Source: Octopus vulgaris (taxonomy: Eukaryota). Taken from it: a stretch of DNA of 64,000 nt. A program made the translations under genes and the position numbers. The stretch is taken from the NCBI GenBank assembly GCA_951406725.2, contig OX597835.1, positions 20,770,001 to 20,834,000 of the forward strand, written 5' to 3'. Below are positions 16,553 to 29,521 of this stretch, piece after piece. Positions within the stretch are counted from its first letter, which is position 1, and each line of letters opens with the position of its first letter. The notes beneath the pieces are model-generated. The model was not told where the DNA came from, did not search any database, and saw only the letters and a list, made by a program, of their open reading frames with translations.

Positions 16553-17125
16553 GATAGATATGTGCATAAATACGCACTCACGCATATATATGTACATAAA
16601 CATATACACACTCATGCATAAGTAACACTATATAAGTGAATACCTGTACTCGTATCTACCAAGCTCATATGAAACATAATGCTGTATGGTCGTTACATTA
16701 AGCTAAATTCTGTATATAACGAATGTTGATGTTTTCTCAAGGAAATAGAACAAGATATAATGATGAAGTTTCATAAAACAGAAACATGCTATTTACTTTG
16801 AAAAACTTGGTCCACTCCGTTGTATATCTAGAATATTGACCAACTACTTCAACCCGCTAATTCTCTTTCAATTATCTCAATTCCTGCTTCAATTCTAAAC
16901 GCCTCAGGAAGGGGATTAAATTTAGTAATTTTTTGCACAACATCAGACTATTAAAAATCTGTAATTCACGGTATGAAACATTAACTTATACATACATACT
17001 TACATACATACATACATACATACACACATGCATACATACATACATACATACATACATACATACACACACATATATATATATGCATACATATATATATATA
17101 ATATATATATTATTACATATATAAT

Positions 17126-17149
17126 ATATATGAATGTGTACACATATGC

Positions 17150-17180
<31 letters not shown>

Positions 17181-17301
17181 TATATGTGCATACACATATA
17201 TACATAAATATATATTATATCATATATATTATGTATATATAATATATATATATGTATATACACACACACTTATAAACATGTATATACATAGACACATATG
17301 T

Positions 17302-17345
<44 letters not shown>

Positions 17346-17414
17346 TATTCACTGTGTGAGTGGAGCAGTGCATAGAAAAAACAATCACCCATCATATATG
17401 AATGTGTACACATA

Positions 17415-17454
<40 letters not shown>

Positions 17455-17591
17455 GTGTGTGTGTGTGTGTGTGTGTGCATACACATATATACATAAATAT
17501 ATATTATATCATATATATTATGTATATATAATATATATATGTATATACACACACACTTATATACATATATATATATACATAGACACATATG

Positions 17592-17661
<70 letters not shown>

Positions 17662-17704
17662 CTGTGTGAGTGGAGCAGTGCATAGAAAAAACAATCACCC
17701 ATCA
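17126..17704. repeat. Tandem duplication of microsatellite-rich unit (about 270 and 310 bp)
   Basis: Both units end ATTCACTGTGTGAGTGGAGCAGTGCATAGAAAAAACAATCACCCATCA. Confidence 0.9.
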
Positions 17705-17876
17705 AACGAATTAACTGAAGCAAATTTCAAGGAAAGCAAAATTAAATTAGTTGAATTTCATGGAAGACTGATTTGTTATTTTAACCGAATCATAAACACT
17801 GAAGTAATAACGTGCCATTTCATTAAATGTACCTACATCCACATGTAATATATTTTTACCAATACACATACATACA

Positions 17877-17941
<65 letters not shown>

Positions 17942-18109
17942 TATATGTATATGTATATATATGTTCATATATATACGCACACCCTTGTATATATTTATAT
18001 ATATATGTATGCATGTATCTAGAAATATATGTGTGTATGTTTGTATATATATATATGTATATACACATACGTAACTGAACGTAATTTCATACAAATAAAT
18101 GTGTATATC

Positions 18110-18163
<54 letters not shown>

Positions 18164-18241
18164 AATACTTATGAATAGACACACGTGTGTGTGTGTGTGT
18201 GAGTGAGTGTGTGTGTGTGTGTGTGCCTGGAGACTTTTTAG

Positions 18242-18470
18242 ATGAAGTCTTAAATGCGATTGTGTGGATAGATTCTTCGCATGAATAGTGGTGGGATACG
18301 AAAGCAAATATTTTGTGGTTTCCTCGAAAGTTCAGAACTCAATGAAAGTCGGTCACGTCTACGGTATAAAGACAAATTCGAAGATTATTGGAGACGCCTG
18401 AATATTAGGAATAAAAATAACATTAAGAATATTGTTAAGAACTGTGTAAACTGGAAGAGAAATGGCTTTT
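18242..18470 (+). pseudogene. RTE-clade LINE RT C-terminal remnant
   Basis: ILRMNSGGIRKQIFCGFL...SRSRLRYKD resembles RTE HVxRMxDxRIPKQIFYGEL...GRPRLRYKD; contains stops. Confidence 0.65.
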
Positions 18471-18755
18471 CTCCATCTTCAAACTTTTGAAAATCAAAGA
18501 CTGTTACATCAAGAGTGTTTAAGAAGAAAAAAGGAACAGAAACCAACAAAACTACAGACTTCTTGCAAACTACCATCGTCCCCATTGGGGTTTCTCTATT
18601 AGGTCACGTACTGGATTCATAAAACATGCTCAATCTTGTAACCATGGTGTGTTTTGGCGGACTGAGGATTCACATGAATGGTTGCCAGGTAAAGTCAATG
18701 GATTGTAGACATTGATGAATAGTAACGATAGTAATATGTGTTGTTGATGGTCTAA

Positions 18756-19163
18756 TACTCTTTACTCTTTTCTCTTTTACTTGTTTCAGTCATTTGACTG
18801 CGGCCATGCTGGAGCACCGCCTTTAATCGAGCAACTCGACCCCGGGTTTTATTCTTTTGTAAGCCAAGTATTTATTCTATCGGTCTCTTTGCCGAACCGC
18901 TAAGTAACGGGGACATAAGCACACCAGCATCGGTTGTCAAGCGATGTTAGGAGGGGACAAACACAGACACACATACACATACATATATATACATATATAC
19001 GACGGGCTTCTTTCAGTTTCCGTCTACCAAATCCACTCACAAGGCTTTGGTCGGCCCAAGGCTATAGCAGAAGACACTTGCCCAAGGTGCCACGCAGTGG
19101 GACTGAACCCGGAACCATGTGGTTGGTAAACAAGCTACTTACCACACAGCCACTCCTGCGCCT
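18756..19163 (-). mobile_element. SINE family B
   Basis: Full-length reverse complement of 9806 copy. Confidence 0.92.
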
Positions 19164-19518
19164 TGGTTTTTTCCTGTCTTCTGCTGAACACTCATACATC
19201 ATCTTCGACGATCATTGTGCTTCAATTATACACAGGCGCTGGTTGCATTTCACTTCAGATTTATCAAGAGTTTCTAAATTTGTTAGTTAAAAAAAAACTA
19301 TTTGTTAACTCAGTTGTTGGATTGACATAATTCTTTTGTCACGGGTTGTGAACTCATCAACGGCGATGTCCCTCTTTTTACCTTTCTTGGAATCAAATTA
19401 ATACTTTTCCATATTCGTTATACAGATACAGTACACAATAGTAATGCGTTTCAATGTGCGTTCATAAGCTGGTTGATAGATAAACATATAGACACATATG
19501 GGAACATATATATCTATA

Positions 19519-19560
<42 letters not shown>

Positions 19561-19779
19561 TGCGCGTGTGTGTGCATGAGTATTTGTGTTTCCGTGTGTA
19601 AGCTGCATCATAAGTACTGAGTTTTAAAACAAATCTGCACACAATTGTAAATTACACATTTGTGTGCACAGGGTATACAAATTCTTAAGCTGCGTAAACT
19701 ATGAAGAAAGAAAGTTTATGTATACGTAGTATGCTAGTAATGATCAATCCAAAGTATGAATGACATCGTCGGTATGTAG

Positions 19780-19812
19780 GACACGTGTTTCTGCCCCTTT
19801 ACACTTCATCAG
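19780..19812 (-). ncRNA. Degenerate type I hammerhead motif
   Basis: CTGATGA...GAAAC-ACGT-GTC with palindromic helix III; helices I and II poorly paired. Confidence 0.45.
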
Positions 19813-20755
19813 GAGCAAAACCCTAATCAGTCCTCCATAATCCATTAAGAATTGTTGTTATTGTATTTAAAAACATATTGCTGGCGTGTGCAAAGCTTTG
19901 TTAAGCAGAAATGAATTAGTTAAACGCACACAAATCAGTTTTGATAAATATCAATATGTGAACATGTTATATTTATAAAGATTGTATATAATCAAATGCG
20001 GAAGTAGATTTGCTGAGATACGGATTTGTAGACTGTTTGTGAATGTACATCAAGCAATATAAAATGTTGATATCGATCCCACTATCAATAAATCTTTTAG
20101 GTTATATATGGTTAACTATTTATTGCCAAGATTAGTCGTATTACAAATGTCTAGAAAACACGGGTCAGAACGATTTTTCTTAAAGAAACTTATGCATGTC
20201 TTCAAAACTTACTGTAAACATATAATGAACTTTCACACTGAATTTATTGGAAAGAAAATCAGATTCCGAAGGGTAGAAAGGGAAAATATAAATGCTCAAG
20301 AAAAAATATTGAACTCAGAATTAAAGAAGGCGATAAAGATAGAGTTGATAGGACCATATTTACAAATTATGGTAAAAATCATGTATTTAAACTGTTAGAA
20401 AGTAATTATTACCATGAAATAATTGACAACTATAAACTCTTAAAATAATGGGAACCCTGCTGCCTTTATTGACAAATGAAGAATTAAATTAAACGAGAAA
20501 CTTCAAAAGTCAAGCCAAGCATTTCCTTAGCCAACACAAATTATACAAAAAATGTCTCTATAATGTGACGATTGTAAAAACATTAAATTTTTTTCTACAG
20601 TAAGTTTGAAAATGAGAACGATTATAGCTGTTGAAGTCAAATTTAAATCATATATAGTTTTATTCGAAATTTCTACTTATATCTATCCACTTACTAAATA
20701 TAATTGCTCATATTACAATTATTGTTTTCTTTGATGTTGTTAATTTAAACATTAA

Positions 20756-21137
20756 CTAGCAGTATCGCCCGGCGTTGCTCAGGTTTGTAAGGGAAATAAC
20801 TATAAAGCATTTTTAGAGAGTTATAGCCAAAAAATAGCAAAAAAATGGGAAAAAATGATGGTAAATTTTTTGGGGGAGTTAAAAAAGGATGGAGTTGCGT
20901 CCCCTAGACAGTTTGTGGTTCGTGTTTCTGATTTTCGACCCCATGTCGAATTTATCGATTTTTTCAGAACTGGGGAAACTTTTCAAAATTTTGGCTGCGT
21001 TAGTTTTGAATTATGACATTGGGCTATGTGTGTGTCAAGTTTCATCAGAATCGGTTGAAAGCCGTGGTCAGGGTGAGGGTACAAGCAAACAGACACACAG
21101 AAACACGCACAGACAAACTGCCGTTTATATATAGAGA
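20756..21137 (-). mobile_element. Non-autonomous Helitron
   Basis: 5' TC, 3' CTAG, A/T target site, subterminal hairpin GAGCAACGCCGGGC; 3' end shared with 45414-45806. Confidence 0.85.
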
Positions 21138-22934
21138 TATCAATGAAATATATGGAATCACTGTGATTAAATATTGGCTTGATTCCTATCAATTTCAGTT
21201 ATCAGAACAAATTGCAAGAACTTCATACTTGATGGACTGACATACATATCATAAGACGTATCTCAATGACTCGGTGGAGCGTCATATTACAAGATGAGCG
21301 ATAGGCATTCAATTTGTCTCCAGTTACGACAACTTAACTCTGAGTTTCCAAGAGAGGTTATTCGGTGAATCTCTAAAAGTATTTAGAAAATCATTTAATA
21401 TATATTTACAAAACAAATGAAAAAATATATAAAAAAACTGATTTTAGGACAAAATAATCTTTGTTAACTTGAGGAAATGAAATATCTTATCAGCTCTTAT
21501 ATCAAATTTCTGATTCGATTCAACAAGAACTGCCGCTTTGAGATATCTAAATTATGAAACAGTTGGTATTTTAAAAATAGTCATTCAGATCTCTACTATA
21601 AAACTATGGAATCCAAACAGCATCGAACCTTTCCATTGTGTCATACTAAACATACAACAATAAATGAGTCTGTCATTTATTCTGTCGAGGATTTTGCCGA
21701 CCGAACGGCTATGCTACGCAGAGGCAAAGACATCAACACTTGTTATAAAAGAGGTGGCAAACGTTAAGAGGAAAAACACAGACACACATACACATACATT
21801 CACGCGTTTATGTAAGATGGGCTTTCTTAGCTTCCATCAATTGAATTCACAGACTGGGGATAGGTTGACTAGGGCTATAGTAGAACACACTTGTTGACCA
21901 TTTGTCCTCACATTCTGACTGAACTTGAAACCACGTGGCTTGAACGCCAGCTTCTTAACCACAAACCATGACAAAATGGTTAAAATTTCATTGAATTGGC
22001 CATATCGTGATATGTACAGAAATGCCGTAATTTAATTTCAAATTATTTTCAATTTATAATTGCTCGCATTCCACCACAGCGCAAGCAAATAAGCAAATAA
22101 GCAAAGGGAAAGCATTAAACAATATAAGCCATACACAATCGTTTGTTTAACAATTTATAACATTTAAATACAAAGAAAGAGGGAGAGATACGAAAAGAAA
22201 AGAAAGCAAAGGAAAATGGTAGAAAAACGCAGCGAAAGAAAGAGATGGACAACATACCCCAGCTCACGTGATGTGCTCAGCCGCTCCTAGTAATGCCGAT
22301 GATGGTTTTGCCGCGGAAAATGGCTAAAGATATCCGCTGCAGCTGTCACTCCACTTCGCAGAGTTCAGTTCTCCGAGGGACCGAAATCATTCCTATTTTG
22401 CAAAAGAATATAAGAACACATGACCTCTCAATAATGAGCGGCAGAAACTGATAGCAGTCGGTCAGGCCATTGTATTGACTGATTTTTCTCTCCTCTGTGT
22501 TAATAGTTGTAAATAATGTGCAAAAAAGCAATCGTTTGCAAAGACAAACACTACAAGCAGCAACGGTTTCTTTTATTTTTTTCTTTGTAAGGTACATCAG
22601 CAACAAAATATTCAATCTTCTTCAATACTTCTTAGAGTGTAAACCGGTTCGTTATTAAATGCGAAAATATGAATATAACTAATAGGGATGTAAAACTATT
22701 CTTATTTAATACATTCAGTAAATATTCAACAATTATTACAACTGAGATGTGCATTTTCCGCGCTATTAGAGCTTATATATCTATATAAGTATACGTATAA
22801 ATAAAAATACATCTATGAATATACATGTGCGTGTGCATATGTAAAATGTCTAAATGCATACAAACACACAATTACGTATATGTATAATATATATACATAT
22901 ATATTATATACATACCTATATTTATATAAATCAA

Positions 22935-23189
22935 AAAAATGGAACCTATAATGCAACAGAGGATAATAAAACATTCGAAAAGGTAGACAATACAAAGACG
23001 GACAGGAAAAATAAAACAAAAGACCGGAGAGGAAAAAAAACAAAGACGGGTCATTTGCAGCCTTATCTCATCAGTCAAGTTGCCAGGTCATCATTTTAGT
23101 TTCAGCCGATTACACTTGAGACTGTTCAAATCTGACCGGCCCCAAATTTCTTGGAAGAAAGCAAGCGAATATGTATGACAATAAAGACA

Positions 23190-23190
<1 letters not shown>
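22935..23190. repeat. TA-flanked dispersed repeat homologous to 50605-50890
   Basis: Shared GACGG-TCATT-G-AGCC...CAGTCAAG...TCATC...TTTC-GC-GATTA-CTTGAGA-TG-TC-ATCTG-CC-GCCCCAA. Confidence 0.6.
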
Positions 23191-23238
<48 letters not shown>

Positions 23239-23911
23239 TGTATGTATGTATGTATGTATGTGTGTATGTATGTATGTGTGTGTGTGTGTGTGTGTGTGTG
23301 CTTGTCTGCTTTTGTGTCAATAGGTTTTACCTGAACTTGTTAGAGTACATCTAAACTCGCCCAAATTAAGCATCATTCAGCAAAAGTGCTCCACGAATAA
23401 TTATTTCTAATTACACACTCGTGTTATATATCTACAGGGAAAGAAATAGAGGTAGAAAAGAATGAGGAATAGACAATGGATTGAGGGAAACATAGAGAAT
23501 GAGTCAAAGATTCTAAGAGAGATACAAATCGAGATACTAATTTATGGTAAAATCTTAGGAAATAGTGTTTTGTATTGTGAGCCTGTCTCTGTATAGTCAA
23601 ATACAATGCAACCAACATTTTAGCAAGCTTTCTCTTCTCTAATTGTAAGTCTTCAAGAAGTAGAATTTTGTCGGTTGTTATTAACGTGTAATCAATATCG
23701 CAGCAGTAGACTTAGTGTGATAAGAGGTTACCTACAAAGTGATACGTAGTCCTTCATTTCCTTGTTATATATGTGTAGTAATCTTTAAAATGTGTATATG
23801 ACGTCTCTACGATAAACATCAGATATTAACCCACCTATTTTAAATCTAGAAATAGAAAACCAATTGCAACAACTTTTTTTTAAACAGGTGAACCGCACAT
23901 AATTTACAATT

Positions 23912-24444
23912 AGGCGCAGGAGTGGCTGTGTGGTAAGTAGCTTGCTAACCAACCACATGGTTCCGGGTTCAGTCCCACTGCGTGGCATCTTGGGCAAGTG
24001 TCTTCTACTATAGCCCCGGGCCGACCAATGCCTTGTGAGTGGATTTGGTAGACGGAAACTGAAAGAAACCTGTCGTATATATGGATATATATATATAGGT
24101 GTGTGTGTGTGTGTGTGTGTTTGTCCCATTAGCATTGCTTGACAACCGATGCTGGTGTGTTTACGTCCCCGTAACTTAGCGGTTCGGCAAAAGAGACCGA
24201 TAGAATAAGTACTGGGCTTACAAAGAATAAGTCCCGGGGTCGATTTGCTCGACTAAAGGCGGTGCTCCAGCATGGCCACAGTCAAAATGACTGAAACAAG
24301 TAAAATAGTAAAAGAGTATATATGTATATGTGTATATATATGTGTGTGTATGTGCGTGTGTGTATGTACATGTATATATTTATGTGTTTGTTTGTTTGTG
24401 TGTGTCTATGTGTGCGTAAAAGAGTAAAAGAGTAAAAGAGTAAG
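23912..24444 (+). mobile_element. SINE family B with 100-bp insert in its tail
   Basis: Full-length B, then 24318-24417 matching 60350-60449, then a second (AAAAGAGT)3 tail. Confidence 0.9.
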
Positions 24445-25061
24445 TTCATTTAAGGAAATTTAATATCTGTTTAACTTCAGGCAGCGAGTTAGCAGAATCG
24501 TTAGCACGCCGGATAAAATTCTTAGCGGTATTTGGCTGAAATTCCGCCGAGATCGACTTTGTTTGTACTCCGGATTCACGACATAACATCTGGGAAAGAC
24601 ACCCTTATAACACTGAGTGTTAAAACACCTGAAAGTCGTTGACTAGGGCAACAGCTCGCCCCGGATCCAATTCAGAAGTGATGGATACCGATATTTCGCC
24701 ATTTTTGTAGCTTATCAATTTCACGTACATGAATCGAACTGGGGACGTATCGAAACGCCAGTCTATGACCATATGTAAATAGTCTGAAAAGTATTCGGGA
24801 ATGTACCACAGCGACGGTCAGGTAAAAATTCAATAAGGTATTAACAGCACCATTATTGATACGAACATAACCGATTTCTCATACTCAACTGATGTGCTTC
24901 GCTTGGTCACCGGATTCACAGCAGTATAGAATTTGGTGAAATCTTTCTTATCACGTTTAAACCCCAGCGTTATATGGGAGTCAATCCGGCGAGCAAACAA
25001 AGCACATACATGGAGTGTATGTACGATCGGTAATGTTTACATATGTATATATATATGTATA

Positions 25062-25121
<60 letters not shown>

Positions 25122-25188
25122 TGTGTGTGCGTGTGTGTCTGTGTGTGTATGTATATACATTGGTATATATATATATATATATATATAA

Positions 25189-25223
<35 letters not shown>

Positions 25224-25227
<4 letters not shown>

Positions 25228-25422
25228 TGTACTCGCATAGCAAGTGATTTGATCTGAGATCGTGTGCTGAAACGAAAATAATTGCAGCGTGGAAGGTGTT
25301 TGTAAGCCATTTAAGAAACACACAAAAGCCGTTCGATTCACTTCAACATTTAAGTTTAATTTGTCAAAATATTTTCGTCGCTAAAATCCACGACCTGTTC
25401 ACTGACAAAAATCCGTGCTGCA
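25224..25422 (-). mobile_element. About 200-bp dispersed repeat carrying a G3-C8 hammerhead variant
   Basis: Homologous to 27978-28180 and 27737-27861. Confidence 0.8.
25360..25409 (-). ncRNA. Type I minimal hammerhead, G3-C8 core variant
   Basis: TTTGTCA-GTGAACA-G-GTCGT-GGATTTTA-GCGAC-GAA-AATATT-T-TGACAAA. Confidence 0.65.
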
Positions 25423-25445
25423 TCTCTCTCTCTATATATATATCT

Positions 25446-25517
<72 letters not shown>

Positions 25518-25699
25518 ACGAGGAAAGAGATAAGTTGAAAAATCACAGCAGATTTGTTTTACGAGACTAAAGAATATATCTAAGTCGTCATGGTAAAAAT
25601 ATTATGCAATAACTTATAAAATAATTTTTTTTGTTACTTACAATATGACCGGTCTCGCTGAAGCTTTTCAAATTTTGAATGTTAAATGCAATTCGAAAT

Positions 25700-25900
25700 G
25701 TGAAATTTTGTTTGTTAGTGGGAGATAATTGGTAACCAAGGTATTTTTCAGTAAAGGGGAGCTAAATCTGTAATTCTGTTCTTCGGTATCTTTTTCAGGC
25801 TCTATGGTGCAAATCCTCCTTGCAAGGTTGAATGTGATCAATGTTTTCATATGTCTCTGGTGGCATGAGCTAAATGACAGGTACTGTCAAGCGTCTGTAT
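25700..25900 (-). pseudogene. Penelope-like RT/thumb remnant (inverted copy)
   Basis: TDA*QYLSFSSCHQRHMKTLITFNLARRICTI matches Penelope-type TDxxQYLxFxSCHPRHxKxxIPFNLARRI. Confidence 0.8.
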
Positions 25901-25907
25901 GAAAGAA

Positions 25908-26183
25908 AATTGGAAAAGAGTTTTGGACAACTGGTTTATCTTAGGGAATGAAAACAGATAAACTCATGGATTTCAAAAGACCCTTAATAGCATTAACACA
26001 AACATACAATTTACAAAGCAACACAACCAAGAGAAACTCCCGTCCCTCGACATGCTGGTTGAAAAATTAAACTAACAAATAGAAACGGACATATTTTACA
26101 AAACTACAGATGCTAAAGATAACATATTATTTAGCTCATGCTGCCTAAGGCTCATTAAAACAAGTATCTCCTTCAACCTTGCA
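25908..26183 (+). pseudogene. Penelope-like RT remnant
   Basis: NWKRVLDNWFI (decayed WKRYLDD)...LNSINTNIQFT...KLPSLDMLV...TDIFYKTTDAK...FSSC...FNLA. Confidence 0.85.
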
Positions 26184-26280
26184 CTTCAACCAACACTACC
26201 ACTACCGACACTACTATTGCCTATACCACCATCACTGCCACCAATGCCATACCACCACCACCACCACCACCACAATAATA

Positions 26281-27007
26281 CCTGTTTCTTTACTACCTAC
26301 AAGGGGCTAAACACAGAGGGGACAAACAAGGACAGACAAACGGATTAAGTCGATTACATCGACGCCAGTGCGTAACTGGTACTTAATTTATCGACCCCGA
26401 AAGGATGAAAGGCAAAGTCGACCTCGGTGGAATTTGAACTCAGAACGTAACGGCAGACGAAATACGGCTATGCTTTCGCCCGGCGTGCTAACGTTTCAGC
26501 CAGCTTGCCGCCTTCCACCACAATAATATCCATTTCTTTACTACCCACAAGGGGCTATACACAGAGGGAACAAACAAGGACAGACAAACGGATTAAGTCG
26601 ATTATATCGATCCCATTTCGTCACTGGTACTTAATTTATCGACCACGAAAGGATGAAAGGCAAAGTCGACCTCGGCGGAATTTGAACTCAGAACGTAACG
26701 GCAGACGAAATACGGCTATGCATTTCGCCCGGCGCGCTAACGCTTCAGCCAGCTCGCTGCCTTCCACCGCAATAATATCCATTTCTTTATCCAAGAGGCT
26801 ATACACAGATAGGACAAACAAGGACAGACAAACGGATTAAGTCGATTACATCGACCCCAGTGCGTAACTGGTACTTAATTTATCGACCCCGAAAGGATGA
26901 AAGGCAAAGTCGACCTCGGCGGAATTTGAACTCAGAACGTAACGGCAGTCGAAATACAGCCATGCATTTCGCCCGGCGTGCTAACGTTTCTGCCAGCTTA
27001 CCGCCTT
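26281..27007 (-). mobile_element. Three tandem SINE family C copies
   Basis: Units of about 248 bp separated and flanked by CCACC(A/G)CAATAATA at 26267, 26515, 26765, 27008. Confidence 0.93.
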
Positions 27008-27618
27008 CCACCACAATAATATCGCCTATGCAGTGAAACTATCACACACACACACTTATAGTAGCCCACTTGAAAATTTGAATAATGAGTGAAAAATCAA
27101 TTTATAACACGTTTGCCATTCCTCATTTTATTTTGTACGTTCATTGTTACGAATCGATTTTCCTTTGCGAAATCGTTTGAAAACTAGCGTTAAAATCTCA
27201 AACTTTAACATTTATGCCTTCAAACTCCGCAACGCACTTGAAATTTCGAAATTAAGTGAAATAAATAGAAATTTTGAATTTGTTTGACTTTATTTTTAAT
27301 ACTAGGTTACCGAATATATGTCTTACATTACGTCTAGATTACACACGCAATAAAATAAAATTACGTGTAAACCAATTTTTGGTTCTTGACACATTTTGGT
27401 GATAAAACATCGTGTTCTCTCTGTAGTACTTTTTTGTCTCTACTACAACTGCAGTTTTTAAAGGAGTTGCACTTGCGAAAAGAAATGCCAAATAAATCTT
27501 TTGTTGCATTGTTTTTAGACACATTACACTTTGAAGTGATGGCACATTTTTTCTATTTTTCACAGATTTTAGTTATGCTTGGTACTTTGCATTAAAGTTT
27601 AAGATTTTCGGTATAAAT

Positions 27619-28103
27619 GACTCTATCATTACACAAGCGATGGATGCCTTTTTCCAAAGAAGAATTATCTTTTCTACAACAATCTTGACAACTTGCTTAA
27701 TTGAAGGATCTTTCTTAAGTACATTCTATAATTTACGGGAGATGTACTTGCATAGCGAGTGACTCGATCTGAGATCGTGTACTGGAACGAAAACAATTGC
27801 AGCGTGGAAGGTATTTATAAGGCATTTAAGAAACACACAAAACCGTTAGATTCAATTCAACGACTCTATCGTTACACGAGCGATGGATGCCTTTTTCCAA
27901 AGAAGAATTATCTTTTCTACAACAATCTTGACAACTTGCTTAATTGAAGGATCTTTCTTAAGTACATTCTATAATTTACGGAGATGTACTTGCATAGCGA
28001 GTGACTTGATCTGAGATCGTGTGCTGGAACGAAAACAATTGCAGCGTGGAAGGTGTTTATAAGCCATTTAAGAAACACACAAAACCTTTAGATTCAATTC
28101 AAC
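27619..28103. repeat. 243-bp tandem duplication
   Basis: GACTCTATC... at 27619 and 27862, high identity. Confidence 0.93.
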
Positions 28104-28115
28104 ATTCAAGTTTAA

Positions 28116-28166
28116 TTTGTCAAAATATTTTCGTCGCTTTGAAACCGCGACCTGTTCACTGACAAA
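28116..28166 (-). ncRNA. Type I minimal hammerhead, G3-C8 core variant
   Basis: TTTGTCA-GTGAACA-G-GTCGC-GGTTTCAAA-GCGAC-GAA-AATATT-T-TGACAAA. Confidence 0.68.
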
Positions 28167-28799
28167 GCTTCGTGCTGCATATCTATTCTTGTTCTTGTTC
28201 AAATAAAGCACATTTTAGTGCGTCCTTGTAATTTGGCAAAAAGTGCTCGCTAACATCACATATAATACCAAATATTGGGTATTCAATATCATATCACTTT
28301 ATTGGTTTATGAGTCATCCCTAATTGTAAACGACACTAAATTTAACACGATCAATAATTTTAATACAATGGCCTAAAGTCAAGGTACAAAACAGAAAACT
28401 TTATACACGTACCACGTATATCTAAATGCAACGACCGTTGCAGCGGCACTAGAGAGAAGTTCACTCTCCCGTTCTCTTTATTGTTAATACGGAACCTCAA
28501 GATGTTAGTCAATTGTACCGAAATTTGGTATGCAACCTCGTAAGGCTACTATATTTTTGTGTTCTGCTATGTAGATATATGTATTTGCTACGACGTACAA
28601 TCTACGAAATCCAATCTTCGACCAGAAATAACAATTTAAAAAATTTCCAGTTGTGTTGCAGAACCTTAAAAAGATATATAACCACAAAGTCCTTTACACA
28701 CCCTTCTTTTAACTGTCGTTTGCAACAAAATATAGATTCCTGGTTACCAATTTCGAAAGTTACAATTTTTGCCCCACCCTAATATACATATATATATAA

Positions 28800-28995
28800 C
28801 GGGAAATTTTACGAAAATAAACAAAGGACGAAGGCAGGTGGAGTGCAAACAAACAAATGTATTAGTATAGCGCTCAGGAATAGAAATAGAAAAACGTATT
28901 TTACGTTTCGAGCGTACGCTCTTCGACAGAAAGGTACACAGAAAAAGACAAGGAGAGAAAAAATGCGTGTAGGAGTTAACGATCTATCATGGCAT
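28800..28995 (-). mobile_element. TA-flanked Penelope-type repeat with hammerhead-like motif (28898-28933)
   Basis: CTTT-CTGTCGA-A-GAGC-GTAC-GCTC-GAAAC-GTA-AAA; homologous to 12703-12916. Confidence 0.7.
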
Positions 28996-29075
28996 CCTGA
29001 TATATATATGAGAGGTATAACCACTATGTGGACACCCTTATGCTAGAAGTAGATCCGCAATTGTCTATATATATA

Positions 29076-29521
29076 TATTGGGTTGATGCATAATCATTGT
29101 GGTTATTTTTTAACAAATTTTATTCAACAAGAACAATAAAAACCTGTAACAAAAACATCTTTATATGATTATTCCGGAGCATATTCACCATCTACTTTAA
29201 TTACCTATTTCTTTATTACCTACAAGGGGCTAAACATAGAGGGGACAAACATGGACTGACATAGGTATTAAGTCAATTACATCGACCCCAGTGCGTAACT
29301 CGTACTTTAATTTATCGAAAGGCAAAGTCGACCTCAGAACGTAACAGCAGACGAAATATCCGCAAAGCATTTCGTCCGGCGTGCTCACGTTTCTGCCAGC
29401 TGGCCGCCTTTAATTACCGCTTCGCGTTTGCTTGGCAGACGGTCAGGCCGTCATTTAAATATGCTTTTGTTAAATAAAATTTGTTGAATGAAAGCCGCAA
29501 TAATCATGCACCAACACTATA
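29076..29521 (-). mobile_element. Internally deleted mariner (MITE-like) with nested SINE C
   Basis: Imperfect TIRs TATTGGGTTGATGCATAATCATTGTGG / CCGCAATAATCATGCACCAACACTATA; remnant DRLPSKREAVIKVDGEY; SINE C 29206-29407 with TSD CTTTAATTACC. Confidence 0.78.

Noticed and set aside
18934-19290. Recurrent peptide RRASFSFRLPNPLTR...GTEPGTMWLV
   Set aside because: Antisense translation of SINE B, not a gene family.
26267-27021. CRISPR-like repeat-spacer pattern
   Set aside because: The 'spacers' are near-identical SINE copies; no cas genes; eukaryotic context.
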